A DNA stretch of 63,720 nt, filler included, from Octopus bimaculoides (lineage: Eukaryota): the NCBI RefSeq assembly GCF_001194135.2. It is 8 parts of 6 records of this genome, joined end to end, with 100 filler letters (N's around TTAATTAATTAA, not from the genome) between each part and the next. Parts side by side here need not be neighbours in the genome. Positions count along the whole stretch, not along the records: positions 5,339 to 30,146 come from NC_068985.1; 7 more parts are not named here. One strand, written 5' to 3'. How positions within the stretch are numbered: the first letter of the stretch is position 1; the number at the start of each line of letters is the position of its first letter. The position numbers and the translations under genes are program-made. Shown piece after piece: positions 12,544 through 25,967 of this stretch. A model generated the notes under the pieces. It was given only the letters and a program-made list of their open reading frames with translations, was not told the origin of the DNA and made no database searches.

Positions 12544-12790
12544 GACAAGATTTTGGATCTATTAAATACAGAAGAGACAGAATTTATGCATGATTTTGAG
12601 AAGGCTAACCAATGGAGACTAAATCAAGAGACAAGAAAAGTCAATAATATATTGAGACACATTGAAACAAATAAACCCATCAAGGCTGGAAATAGGATTG
12701 TGGCAGAAAGAATGGGATTGAGAACTACTGAGAATAGAACCCGCGACGGATAGAAGAAGAAAGAACCTTGGTGGAGAAAGGACTACTATT
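12544..12790 (+). mobile_element. R4/Dong-clade non-LTR retrotransposon ORF remnant (N-terminal region)
   Basis: RLNQETRKVNNILRHIETNKPIKAGNRIVAERMGL...*KKKEPWWRK resembles R4/Dong N-terminal motifs (recalled). Starts directly after (AAT)n. Confidence 0.6.
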
Positions 12791-13790
12791 CTACGATCGC
12801 TCCTAGCACACATCCGTTGCTTGCAACAGCCCCGTAAGAAAGGGGCTGTTTTGAACCCGCCGCTTATTGGCGTAACATCATTTCCTCTCTCTTCCGGTCC
12901 CTTCGTGACGTCACTAATCATTCCTTTCTCTACAAAGAAATTAAGAAAAACAAAGAAAATTCTCCAGTGGTGGGGTCGGGGTGGGGATACACTACTGATG
13001 GCTATTCGAAGAAAACCCCACAAAACTTAAATCCTCTCTCAGCTTTCGTCCTCCCACCTACAGACGCATGCTCAAAGCAGGCTTGTTTACACGTACTATT
13101 TTCGCTACTCTCATCCCCCTTTGAAAGAATTTACTAAGGGTAACATTTCTCCCCTCAATCTCTTCCTTTCAAAGATAAACTTGAAAAAGTATGAGAGTTT
13201 GGCCGAAGGAGAATGTGCCGTCTTCAGTCCTTTCAACCACACTACCTCTTTCGCCATAGCTATCAGACAAGACAAACGCCTGTCCTTCTCAGACAAAAGA
13301 AGGCGGCGGGGCGATTTTCACAATATGCTCGGCTGGCAAACGGATTCGATTTACCCATGACGACGACGACGACGTCGACAACAACAATAAAGAAACGCAG
13401 AGGCGTTTAACATTCAGAGAACGCTACTTGACTGAAAAAATATCAAACAGCACCAATCAAAAACAACGAACGGACTCAAAGAAATGTCAAAAATACCGAA
13501 AATAAATGTGAAAATAACTTATTGATATTTAAATCGCATAATTAATTTATTACAAATATCTAAAATAGCTGGCGATCTTATCGTGTGCTATGAAACGATT
13601 GACGCACCGTTCATATAAACAACAGACTGTTTTCCTCTCTCCACTAAAAAATAGTAAATTTTATAAGTAAAAACCTGTTGTTCAGCCGATGGTTATTAAT
13701 AAGAACATCCGAAGTCTGAGTGCGAGCATAAAATGACGAAGAATGGCGCGTGCAAGTAAACCACAAACCCAACAAAAGTGATCACACTCT

Positions 13791-13910
13791 AAACTAGAAA
13801 AGCACTCGGAGAGCGCAGACCCCCGCCAAGTAGCTCACTTCCACCCATATACACGCATGCTGAAAATCGCCCAATTTCCCAAACCAACGCCGGCAAAAAC
13901 ATAACCTCTT
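13791..13910 (-). mobile_element. Short Helentron-type non-autonomous element (both ends, internal deletion)
   Basis: 3' end CTTGGCGGGGGTCTGCGCTCTCCGAGTGCTTTTCTAGTT and 5'-type GAGGTTATGTTTTTGCCGGCGTTGGTTT, shared with the 14744 and 57470 copies. Confidence 0.6.
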
Positions 13911-14219
13911 CCCATTCTTATCTCGACCATCATCATCATCAACACTGTCTCTGCTTTCACCATAATCAGTTTCTTTACACAGTTGAAAATCCATTATCCA
14001 ATATCTATGGGACCGAGATTGTTGCAGATTTTTGATTTTTCTAATTTCAGAGTGCTTTATTAAAAAAAAAAAATTGCATCTACAAAACGGAACTGTTCGA
14101 GGATAGAAACCAGGTCTAAACACAATAGTTTATAGACATACTCTGAATATAGTTCTATATAAATCTTTAATAATTTTTTTTTTTTATACTTAAGACCATC
14201 AGAAATGTTAAGATATTAG

Positions 14220-14743
14220 CCTCTACTCACGTTGTCATGCTTTGATTAAAAGGTTACAGCATAGATTAGATTACTTAGATAAGTTTCGGCCGAAGTTGAC
14301 TCAGGCCGTGTCTAATTTAATAGCACCACCTGGAAGAGATACACAGTCAGCTCTGGGGAACCGTAGCCCATTCAAGCAGAGGGTTATTGTTTTCAGAGAC
14401 ATATCTGGGTGTGGGTGGTTTATCTGGTATTTGTTGGGGACTATCATCTAGGGATCGTTTGAATGCCGTGAAGTCATTTTCCTCCTTTATGTGTGTCTGG
14501 CACGATGTTGAAGAGAGCAGGGCCAATTGAGGTGAAATAGTTCTGTCATAGAGTTGTGATACGACACGAACATTTCTGTAGTGGATGGATGGCATGGGGG
14601 CCAAGCCTCGGACGAATTTTAAAGATGGGAAATGTTGATGGAATATTTTCCACATCATACAGATGTTATAGAGCTCACAGTGGTGGTGGAGGGAGCAAAG
14701 CCTGAGCTTTTTGAGTCGATCCCAATAGTCAAGGCTTGTCATG
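14220..14743 (-). mobile_element. CR1-group LINE 3' fragment
   Basis: DYWDRLKKLRLCSL...FKRSLD...IPDKPPTP matches the C-terminus of the 19390-20105 copy. Confidence 0.85.
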
Positions 14744-15135
14744 TCATCCTCCGCAGACCTCCGCCAAGCAGTTCATTTTAAGATAGATACGTGAGTAAAA
14801 TTACTAATAGAGAAACGAAAATAAACTTTGAAAATAGCAACGCCACCATAGGTTAGGTGGAAACGATTAATGTGTTTTCAAGGGAGATAATCTAAAGAAC
14901 GTAACATTGTAATACTTCATGTTAAGTAATTATAACAAATGAAAAATCTTTCAAGAATCCATAAAAATTCCCGGATCACTACCAAAATTTCATCATCTGT
15001 TTCTTGTGTCATTACCAACATTTCCTGCAAGTTTTATCAAATGCCGTTCACAACTTTTTGAGTTATTTTGCGGACAGACGGACAGACGGATAAACCAACG
15101 CCGATGAAAACATAACCTTCTTTGGTGGAGGTAAT
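14744..15135 (-). mobile_element. Helentron/DINE-type non-autonomous element
   Basis: 5' TATTACCTCCACCAAAGAAGGTTATGTTTTC, (CTGT)-like repeats and subterminal inverted CTTGGCGGAGGTCTGCG. Confidence 0.7.
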
Positions 15136-16108
15136 AAATATTAATTACTAGTAAATACAAAGTATATTAAAGAGTTACAAAGATATTGTGCCTTACTTTT
15201 TGTGTTAGCAGTGCGATCTGTTCATTTTAGTTTATCATTCCAGATTGTCTACAAAACTCAGTGCTGGCTCTGAATTCTATAGAAAATATGTAGAGATAAA
15301 TCTAAATAAATAATATTTTATTTAAATAAGACTGTTTCTTTAGATCATACAGGAAGATGTAAAATCCGGCAAACAGGAAGGTATAAAAATAAAGCAGAAA
15401 AGGCATAATTGGACACGAGAGAAGTAATTATGACACTTAAAGCACATCTTACTGCCATATTCTACTAAGACATATAAACCAAAAGAATACCAAGAATTAA
15501 AATAGAAAACTTAAGAGAAAGACCGTTTCTACTAATAACAAACGCAAAATAAACAAGACAAGCAAAAATATAAAACACGTACAAAATGAATAATAAAACA
15601 ATAAAACGAAATTATAAAATAGTGACCAACAAAAACTGAAAGTATTAACATGAACAATAATATAGATATAAAGAAAGTAGAAGAATTGAAATTTCCAAAG
15701 ATGGCAATCTAAATAATTAAAGAATCAACAGAGATATTTTCCAAAGATAAAACTCAAAAATAGAATGACTGCAAGCATAAAAGGAACAAATCTGGCCTCC
15801 ACAGACTGAATACAAACAAGAATATCCGTATCCCCAAGTTAAACGAAATAATGTATGCAGTAGTGACAGTGTTTACAAAGAAATATGGGTCTTCACTTAC
15901 ATTTAAATACAAAGGATATAAAAAATACACAAAAAACACCCATTAAAAACAAGCATATAAAAAGAAACCAGAATAAGAAAAAAAGTATTTCAAATCTTAA
16001 GAAAACTATAAAAATGGAAAAAGAGAAATATGACAAAACAAAAAAGAACTAAGGAAAATTAAAAGAAATCTGAAAGAAGAGATCCTCATTAAATCATAAA
16101 GAATAGGT

Positions 16109-16263
16109 GTAGGAGTGGATGTGCGGTAAGAGGTTTGCTTCCTAACCACATGGTTCCAGGTTCACTCTTACCACATGGCACCTTGGGCAAGTACCTTCTA
16201 GTAAAGCAACGGACTGAGCAAAGTTTTATCAGTGGATTTTGTTAACAGAAACTGAAAAGGTCG

Positions 16264-16306
<43 letters not shown>

Positions 16307-16507
16307 CGCGTGTTTGTGTGTGTGGGTGTATGTTTGTCCCCCATCACCGCTTGATAACCAGTGTCGGTGTGTCCCCGTAACGTAGCAGTTCGGCAAAAGA
16401 ACTCGATAGAATAAGCAGCAGGTTTTAAAAATAAGTCTTAGGGTCGATTGGTTCGACTAAAATTCTTCAAGGCGGTGCTCCAGCATGGCCACAGTTTAAT
16501 GACTGAA
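16109..16507 (+). mobile_element. SINE family A, near full length, with internal (TG)n
   Basis: tRNA head, CORE-like GGCACCTTGGGCAAGT, internal microsatellite and 3' GGCGGTGCTCCAGCATGGCC. Confidence 0.9.
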
Positions 16508-17707
16508 NNNNNNNNNNNNNNNNNNNNNNNNNNNNNNNNNNNNNNNNNNNNNNNNNNNNNNNNNNNNNNNNNNNNNNNNNNNNNNNNNNNNNNNNNNNNN
16601 NNNNNNNNNNNNNNNNNNNNNNNNNNNNNNNNNNNNNNNNNNNNNNNNNNNNNNNNNNNNNNNNNNNNNNNNNNNNNNNNNNNNNNNNNNNNNNNNNNNN
16701 NNNNNNNNNNNNNNNNNNNNNNNNNNNNNNNNNNNNNNNNNNNNNNNNNNNNNNNNNNNNNNNNNNNNNNNNNNNNNNNNNNNNNNNNNNNNNNNNNNNN
16801 NNNNNNNNNNNNNNNNNNNNNNNNNNNNNNNNNNNNNNNNNNNNNNNNNNNNNNNNNNNNNNNNNNNNNNNNNNNNNNNNNNNNNNNNNNNNNNNNNNNN
16901 NNNNNNNNNNNNNNNNNNNNNNNNNNNNNNNNNNNNNNNNNNNNNNNNNNNNNNNNNNNNNNNNNNNNNNNNNNNNNNNNNNNNNNNNNNNNNNNNNNNN
17001 NNNNNNNNNNNNNNNNNNNNNNNNNNNNNNNNNNNNNNNNNNNNNNNNNNNNNNNNNNNNNNNNNNNNNNNNNNNNNNNNNNNNNNNNNNNNNNNNNNCC
17101 TAGAGTAGAAAAACATAAAGAAAGCTCCTCTAACAGACTCGGCTAGCAAACTGATTGTGTTTTGCTGCACTTACAGTTGTTGTTTTTGTTCTTATGCCTT
17201 TTAGAAAATACAGAAATTTAAAAACTTAATGATCCGTAATTTGCTGAAAACAACGGAATGTGTTTTGGCACCAACTCAAAAGTTATGATATCTTTTTAAT
17301 TTACGCTTTTTTTTCTATTTATAGAAAATTGTTTTGCATTTATTGACACAAATGACTGGATTATCAATTAAACTAAAATCGTTTCGAGAAAACGAACTAA
17401 CCAGTAAAAGTCACGTAGACTGAGTGACGCTAAAAGATATTTATCAAACACTCATACATACACATACAAAGCAAAGACAAATTCATACAGCTAAGAATAG
17501 TGCAAGTAAAACCATTAGCTTCTAATGTTTTTGCATTGGACCTGTGTTAATTTTCTGTACGATGTTAATTGTAAAGGCAACAGGTCTTTGAAAAAGTGAA
17601 AGACATTAAAGGAAGTATTCTACTTTTTATCATTGAAAGGGAGAAATATACACCTTCCGTGAACCTTACCACACACACACACACAAACGTACACACACAC
17701 ACAAACG

Positions 17708-17781
<74 letters not shown>

Positions 17782-17991
17782 TATAGTATAAGATATGGAT
17801 TCATAGAATCGTGTGGCTTTCACACAAAGCTCCTCTAACAGATTCGGTTAGCAGACTACACAGTAATCCAATACAAAGAAATGTAATGCAGAATGTCGAC
17901 GTAGCTAAAATCCAGAAGATCTGATCTATGAAATTGTTTCACGAGGAGTATATAAACCATAAAAAGTCAGGATGTATGAGAGGTAAATAAC

Positions 17992-18237
17992 CTTAGGGTT
18001 ACGACCGTTTCGCAGACTTATTCTTGTAGTAATATTTTCAGTGTGGAAGAGATTGTGCTTACACGCTTGTATTAATATACATGCTTTGCATTATGCGATA
18101 CAGTTTTATGTTCACAAATCAATGCAAATGAATATACAAAGAATACGCAACTGTAGAGCAAACATGTAAGCATAATTTCTTCCATACTAAAATCATTACT
18201 ACAAGAATAAAGCTGCGAAACGGCTGTAACCTTAAAG
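17992..18237. repeat. Inverted repeat (about 78-bp arms) with HHR-like remnant
   Basis: 17992-18068 is the reverse complement of 18160-18237. The arms contain CTGAAAA...GCGAAACGGTCGTA and GCGAAACGGCTGTA. Confidence 0.75.
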
Positions 18238-18432
18238 ATGTCAAGTGGTTAAATAAATATATTCACCTCTCATTCATTTTCACTTTTTATGGTACACACA
18301 CACACATACACACACACGCACGTATGAAAGTATGTGTGTATGTGTGTGTATGTATGTATATATGTATGTGTATATATGCGTATATATATGTGTATATATG
18401 CACATATATATGTATATATATGCGTATATATA

Positions 18433-18514
<82 letters not shown>

Positions 18515-19389
18515 ATATATGTTATAATTTAGAACAAACACTAAAAGGTTGTCATTATAGTACTCGGAGTTTCGAATGACGGAGTGAAGAGCTACGATAC
18601 ATTCTCGTCGGCTATTAATGGCAACAGACGCTATGAAAAACCATTGAATAAAAGGGAAGTTACTCTAACAGGAAGAAAAAGGAAAAGGATAAGAAATACA
18701 CGCAACCATATTGTCACAATACATAGACATAAAACTTCTGCGTTCACAACGTCTACATACATACACACTCACACAAACAATTATATGTGCATGCACATAC
18801 ACAAATATAAATGTATGTACGTACTCATGCATATACACATATCCACACAAACATGCACACACGTGTTTCGGTCGTATCAATTGCAAATTGCTGCATATTT
18901 ATATGCAGGGTTTTATACATAAGTTGTACGACCCTGCCCCCGTTATTAGTTTGAATCAGGCTTGGTGGTGATAGCAGTAAATCATGTTCAAGAATGAGTT
19001 GCTATTCACAACTGATCATTTGTGTAAAAATCTGGCAGCACGAGCAGCAGCAGCAGTCTTTGGGTACGTTGACAAATTTTATTGGAGAGTTTGGCTGTTG
19101 TTATTTCTAGAACATGTTTTCTTTGAGATTTTCTACATTCCGCATAATCATGTGGTATTTTAAATAGATTTTTGAGTTGGTTGTTCTATTTAAATTGTGA
19201 ATCGATTCTGAATAGTAATTCATCGTTGAACAACATGATTTACTACTACCCTTCCTATGCCTGATTTAAACTAATAAAGGGGACAATTACTCTTCGAACA
19301 ATGACATATTTATTGACCCTGAAGAGATTGTACAAATTATGCATACATCCCTGCATATAAACATGCAGCAATTTGCAATTAATACGATC

Positions 19390-20230
19390 GAAACACTAAG
19401 CTAAAACAGCCATACTCTCTTCCGCCAGGGAAATCACTCACAGCATCTAATGATATCAGAGACTTAGGAGTAATTGTAGATGACAATCTCAGCTGGAGTG
19501 TCCACATCAACAATAAGGCCAATATAACTCGTAGGATGAGCTCCTGGATCCTAAGAACCCTCTGGTCCAGAGAACAAGGTGTCATCATTCCGCTTTTCTC
19601 CTCCTTTGTACGGCCACACCTCGAATACTGCTGCCCCCTGTGGTCTCCCCATACAAAACAAAACATCTCGAAAATTGAATCTCCCCAGAGGGCACTCACA
19701 AAAAGAATTAAGGGCAAGACTGATCCCGATTATTGGGACCACCTTAAAGCATTGAAACTCTATTCCCTCCAGCGCCGATTTGAGCGATACATCATTTGCA
19801 TTGATGTGGAGAATATACCACCAGCATTGCCCAAATGACCTCAATATTTGTTTCAGAATTCATCTAAGGATAGGACCACGGGCCACACGTCCCCTACCCA
19901 ATTTAGGATAAAAACACATACACGGCAACAGAATTTCTTTCCCTCAACAGACCTTGCTCTATTTAACATTGTCCCGAGACAGATCAAAGAAGAAAAGGAT
20001 CCCATCACCTTTAAACGGAATCTGGACAAATTTCTTCAAGGAATACCAGATAAGCCACCTATACCACAATACAACTCACTCAACAAGAACTCCCTGCTCG
20101 AATAGACCATGATACCACAACACTTAGCTTTAAAAGGATTTAGTTAATCCTATCAGGTGCTGCTTTTAAGTTAGACATGGCTTGGATCAATCTCTCGTTG
20201 AAACATATCTCAGTTGAAACATATCTCAGT
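19390..20230 (+). mobile_element. CR1-group LINE, 5'-truncated (RT C-terminus plus 3' UTR)
   Basis: RDLGVIVDDNLSW...VRPHLEYCCPLWSP...LYSLQRRFERY, with frameshifts, and a repeated tail unit GAAACATATCTCAGTT. Confidence 0.93.
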
Positions 20231-20322
20231 TTTCTATATATATATATATATAATGGCCATTATATAAATATATACATATATATATATATATCAAAATAAG
20301 CAACAAGGATATCCAAAGTTAA

Positions 20323-20410
20323 TGCAGTACGATCGTTTCATGCGACTCCATTTATTTAAGCAATGTGAACATTACATCAAATGTAAAATGCAGAGCAATC
20401 CTCAGCCGCA
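20323..20410 (-). ncRNA. Type I hammerhead ribozyme motif with long stem II (PLE pseudo-LTR)
   Basis: TGCGG-CTGAGGA-[about 59 nt]-GAAA-C-GATC-GTA/CTGCA. Stem I has 5 bp, the stem III loop is palindromic GATC and the cleavage triplet is GUA. The first stem II pair is U-U. Confidence 0.65.
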
Positions 20411-21269
20411 CAAAGATATAGAAATTTACTGAAATTACATTTCACAGAAGGACATATTTTTATAATTAAATCTAAACTCTCCAAGTAGAAAGGAAGAATA
20501 CAAAAACTCATTTTGACTTAGCCAGACCATACAAGCTAGTGAATAATTCTAAAAAGATTTTTAACTGATTTTATTTGTTTTTTTTTGTTTCTGATTTATG
20601 GATCATCTTATCAGACCGAGTGATTCAAAGCTTAAGAGAGCACCAGTATTTTCCTTGTAGGGAAAGGGGTAAATAGTATAGACTGCAAACATGGATGATA
20701 TTGTTATAAAATTTATTTGGGTTTAGTGGCAAACTACTATAGGTGGGGGGTTTCTCTACTAGCAGACCAGTTTATAATGGAGTAGGGGAAGTTTTAACAT
20801 AAAGCACCTAGGTCAAAAGTATATAAAATAAAGTTGCTAAATTGTGTACAGATACAATAAATGTTTATTCATAGTTTTCACTAATCAGAATAATGTATCA
20901 GTATTGTTTTACATATGCTAGGTTTGAAATACTTGAGTTACCAATATTTGCTTAATTAGTATGTGAATAAATAAAAGCGAATTATAGATTAATAATGGCA
21001 TAAAAAGTAATAATGCATAGTAATGTAAATAATCAATTAATGCAGTATGCAAAAACCATGAAGTGGTATTAATTTAAAATGCTATGGTAAAGTACATTTA
21101 GACTTATTTACACCAATATAAGGATCTATAGATAAGATATGAAAATAATATTTTTTTCTATATATTGGCCTAAAATTATAAAATTAAACTTATATATCTC
21201 ATATCATTTAAAGGAAACATAAGAGATAAAATTTATTATATAACTAATGTAAAAGCAATGGGTCGTAGG

Positions 21270-21870
21270 CAATGTTTCGAGTGTTACGGGCGCTTCAAAA
21301 GCAGATGAACGTCCCTGGAAGACGATGATCGATCTGGAAGACCTGCCTCGAAAATGTGGTATTGTGCATCGAGACTACGTCCCTCAGTACCAGACCGTCA
21401 TTTGAGAGTTCTATTGCGACGTTTTGAAACGATTGAGGGAGGACAATCAGCGAAAACGACCAGATCTGTGAAGTGCAAAGAAGTGGATTCTTCATGACGA
21501 TTATGTACCCTGTCACTGAGCTCTCCGCACTCGGGAGTTTCTCACCAAAAACAACATGGCATCGCTTCCACACCTGCCCTATTCGCCAGATTTAGCACCT
21601 TCGGACTTCCATCTCTTTCCCAAGATGAAAATGCAGCTCAAAAGTGGCCGTTTTAACACCGTTGTCGAGATCAAGAGCGAATCGCGGAATTCCCTCCACT
21701 CGCGTACGAAAACGACATCCAGGCCGGATTTCAAAAATGGCAGAAACGCTGGGACAGGTGTATTTCTGCGCAAGGCGACTATTTCGAAGGAAATGATGTT
21801 AAAACTTAGATAAATGAGTTATTTTTTTTATTAAACACAACTAGTCCGGGAACTTTTTGATACCATTTTG
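21270..21870 (+). mobile_element. Mariner transposase remnant with 3' end
   Basis: EDDDRSGRP, WILHDD and LPHLPYSPDLAPSDFHLFPKMK motifs, interrupted by stops and frameshifts. Confidence 0.9.
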
Positions 21871-21961
21871 AGTATATATAGATATGTTATTCGCATATCA
21901 CACACACACACACACACACACACACAGATAGATAAATAAATAACGTAACTATCTATATTAT

Positions 21962-22502
21962 TTTATTCTTTTACTTGTTTCAGTCTTTGTAAGCCTAGTA
22001 CTTATTCTATCGGTGTCTTTTGCCGAACCGCTAGATTACAGGGACGTAAACACGCCAACATCGGTTGTCAAGCGATGGTGGGGGACAAACACAGACACAC
22101 AAATAACATGCATGCATACATGCATGCATACATACATACATACATACATACATACATACATACAAATAAAATAAAAAAAATATATATATATATAAGATAC
22201 AGAAATAAATTTATTTCTCAAACGCGTGATAATGTTATAAATAGCGCGATCAGGATAAACTATCCATATAATGCAGAAAAATACGTTGCCGGCCAGCCAT
22301 GAGATGTAGATGTATATATATATATATGTATATATATATATACACGACGAGCTTCTTTCAGTTTCCGTGCGCCAAATCCATTCACAAGGCTTTAATCGGT
22401 CTGAGGCTACACTAGAAGACAATTGCCCAAAGTGCCATGCAGTGGGACTGAACTCGGAACTATGTGGTTGGGAAGCAAGCTTCTTACCACACAGTTACTC
22501 TT
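21962..22502 (-). mobile_element. SINE family A with expanded internal microsatellite and about 100 bp of unassigned sequence
   Basis: Both halves match family A in reverse orientation. Confidence 0.85.
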
Positions 22503-22854
22503 AATGTATATGTTTAATTTCTGCGTGTATAATATATGAATACTAAGTACGTTCAAATGTCAAAAGAGAAACAGAGGCGTTAAGGAAACTATGTGAGTAG
22601 CGCTGATGTATCGATTGCACGGCCGTTCTTTCGTGACAAAACAGAAGATGAATTTCCCCTGGCAGCGCTTAGAAGCTACATTGGAGTAAAATATTAAACA
22701 TGTTCTTCATTACTTTTCTCTTGAGGTTCTCGAAGTTTCCTGCTGTCCTCATTAGCGATTGAAATCCAGTCCGTTGTGGAAATTAATCATCCAAATTGTC
22801 ATACAATCACTTGTCATAAAATATTTCTATCTGTTGTTAGTTATTTGATTGTAA

Positions 22855-23256
<402 letters not shown>

Positions 23257-24115
23257 TTCTTCTCCCCGCCACCAAAGTTATCATATCAAATGAAGGTATA
23301 ACAATTTATTCTGTGTTAAATCATTTATTTCAAAATGTGACTCTTACAAACGATAAATAAAGCTAGTTTGTACCCTTTCTTTCTTATTCTCTCTCTTTCC
23401 TTTTCTATCTTTCATTTTCCATCTTTATCTTCCTTTCTATGCCTTTATTCGTATGCTTTGCTTTGCTTACGGCGAGACACTGAATAGCAGAATCTGCCAT
23501 TGAATGATGAGGGGAACATCATAAGAGAGACCTGTCTCTTGTGTCAGCCCACAGCGTCTACCTTTTCGGTCTCTGTTGCTGAAGAAGAGATAACCACTCC
23601 GAAATGCATGCATCCACCAATCTGGTTAGGGAATGCTGTGAGCTGTCGACTCCGTGTATTTACACCTACATGTCTATAGCGTGAAATTTTCTCCAGAACA
23701 AAACACACCGAATGGCTTTCATTCGAGTTCTAATACATCTCTAGCATACGCGAACTGGTAACAAGTCCATATTTATATGGAAAATACAAATCGAAATCAA
23801 ACCCGTGGATACACCACCCGTTACAATGCACATGACAATGATATCATGGAATATACTAAGGTTTACTTCTGTAGAAGTTTACATCCGGTATTCATGAGTT
23901 TATCAGTCATAAAGTTGTCATCAGATTTTATCAGTTATGAAACTATTCTAACTGATTTTATCAGTTATAACTCCCGAGAGTTTACTACTCGGTGCAGAAT
24001 GCGTAGGCCACGCGCTATTGCGGCATTTCATTTTTGAAAATGACTTTGCAAAGGTCTTGAAACAGCAAAGTAACGGATGCAGAAACTTTACCGTTGCAAA
24101 CAAAACATAAAAAAG

Positions 24116-24270
24116 CCGTGGCTGTGAGGTAAGAACTTTGCTTCCCAACCACATCGTTTCGAATTCAGTCCCAGTGTGGCACCTTGAGAAAGCGTCTTCT
24201 AACTATGGCATCGAGCCAACCAAGGCTTTGTGAGTGAATTTGGGAGACGCAAACTGTGAGAAACTCACGA
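24116..24270 (+). mobile_element. SINE family A, 5' half
   Basis: GTGGCTGTGAGGTAAG...TTCAGTCCCAGTGTGGCACCTTGAG. Confidence 0.85.
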
Positions 24271-24305
24271 TATATATATATATATATATACATATACATA
24301 CATAT

Positions 24306-24359
<54 letters not shown>

Positions 24360-24361
24360 CA

Positions 24362-24870
24362 AGACCAGGAACAGAGACACAGTGCTTCTGGTTTGGAGAA
24401 CATTTGACCTCAGTCGTCTGGAATACTGCTCCCAACTGGGGTCCCCACAAAGTGTAAAACTAATTGCGGAACTAGAAGCGACCCAACGCCACTTCATAAA
24501 GAAGATAGCCTCAGGAAAACACATGGGCGACTGGAAGAGATTGAAGGAGCTGGGACTCTACTTCCTGGGGATGAGACGTGAGAGATATGCAGTGCTATAC
24601 ATGTGGAAGATAATGGAGAGTATGGCTCCAAATTTCGGATTGAAATCTACAACAATCCCCGAACTAGACGGCACTGCACAGTACCAAAGGTCCCATATTC
24701 TCCATTTTTCCATGATTCAAGGGACCTCAAAATTTTAATGCCCTACCACTGAGCAAGGTGTAGACAAAACAGATCTAGACACTATTTTGTCTGCAATTCC
24801 GGATGAACCCACATTGCGACAGGAGGTACAAAGAAGAGCGATAACTTCCAAACTTCACCAGAAGCTATAC
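24362..24870 (+). mobile_element. CR1-group LINE fragment
   Basis: LSRLEYCSQLGSP...LEATQRHF...RLKELGLY...RRERY. Confidence 0.88.
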
Positions 24871-24943
24871 TGGAAAAATCCCCGGATGCAATAAAGGTGG
24901 TGCACGAGCATGGCCTCAGCCTCTGGCTGAACTCCATAAAAAG

Positions 24944-25037
<94 letters not shown>

Positions 25038-25059
25038 CCGTTTTGCTACACTGTTATTA

Positions 25060-25330
25060 TTGAGAGCCTCCTCAAATATGTGGCATTTGGTGAATAAGGG
25101 AGTTTGATGTCGCTGCCCTCATGCGCCTCCTGCCACGAGGTACGTTCATCTGGGACTCTCGACAGGAAGAGATCCACTCTTGATTTGAAAACACCTACAT
25201 CCTCTTTGTGCAGGTCCCTCGGGTTCTTTGGGAAAATACTAAAATGCTGTGGACCCCTGAAACCCAGGCTGTTGCAGTAACTCGTCCTGAAGCGCGACGG
25301 CATTGCTGTGATCTTTGGAACTTAGTTTTT
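25060..25330 (-). mobile_element. CR1-group LINE 3' fragment, tail-to-tail with the 24362 copy
   Basis: NSLGFRGPQHFSIFPKNPRDL...FKSRVDLFLSRVPDE. Confidence 0.8.
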
Positions 25331-25425
25331 CCTTGGGGCTGCCCACATTGGAGCAATCTCGAGTACAACCAGCCAAAATTGCAAAGATAATCTAGAACTC
25401 GACTGAGGAAAGAAAACTCCGAATG

Positions 25426-25885
25426 ACACCAGGCACATGCATCACAACCATATGTGCGTGACATGGTGATCTCATATCAAGACAAACAGCGTATGACCTT
25501 GCAGGTGGAGCCCAGTTAGAATTTACTTCAGGTCGAGTAGCCCTCCCGCTCAAAAGGTCCCTGAATAAGGTTTGTTTAAGGATGATGAACGAAACGTCAA
25601 TGTTTCCAGAGGTTAATTATCCAAACCTCAAAGAATTCCTCTCAACGCATGGCTATGATGTTCCCCCACTACTTCTGATCATGATCAGAGATGCACATAT
25701 CGTCAGCCACTAAGGGACATACTCAAGTGGTTATGGTCAAACAATTGAAAAGAAAATCTGTGGTATTGAGCAGAATATTTGCTGTAGCCCGTTTTTATAC
25801 CACGACAAAACAATGTACATAACACTTCCAGTCAGTTAAGATCAGAAGCCATGAGAGCCACTGCCTATTACTGCATCAGAGCATT
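25426..25885 (-). mobile_element. Element X, third copy (3' end missing)
   Basis: Reverse complement of about 11934-12400. Its 5' end abuts a (CAT)/(TAT)/(TGT) trinucleotide array at 25886-25968. Confidence 0.8.
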
Positions 25886-25919
25886 CATCATCATCATCAT
25901 CATCCTCATTATTATTATT

Positions 25920-25967
<48 letters not shown>

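Noticed and set aside
11705-12593. Repeated ORF MSRTYGCDACAWCTL... (also 25195-25464)
   Set aside because: It is part of dispersed element X and runs into (AAT)n. It recurs because of the repeat, not protein conservation.
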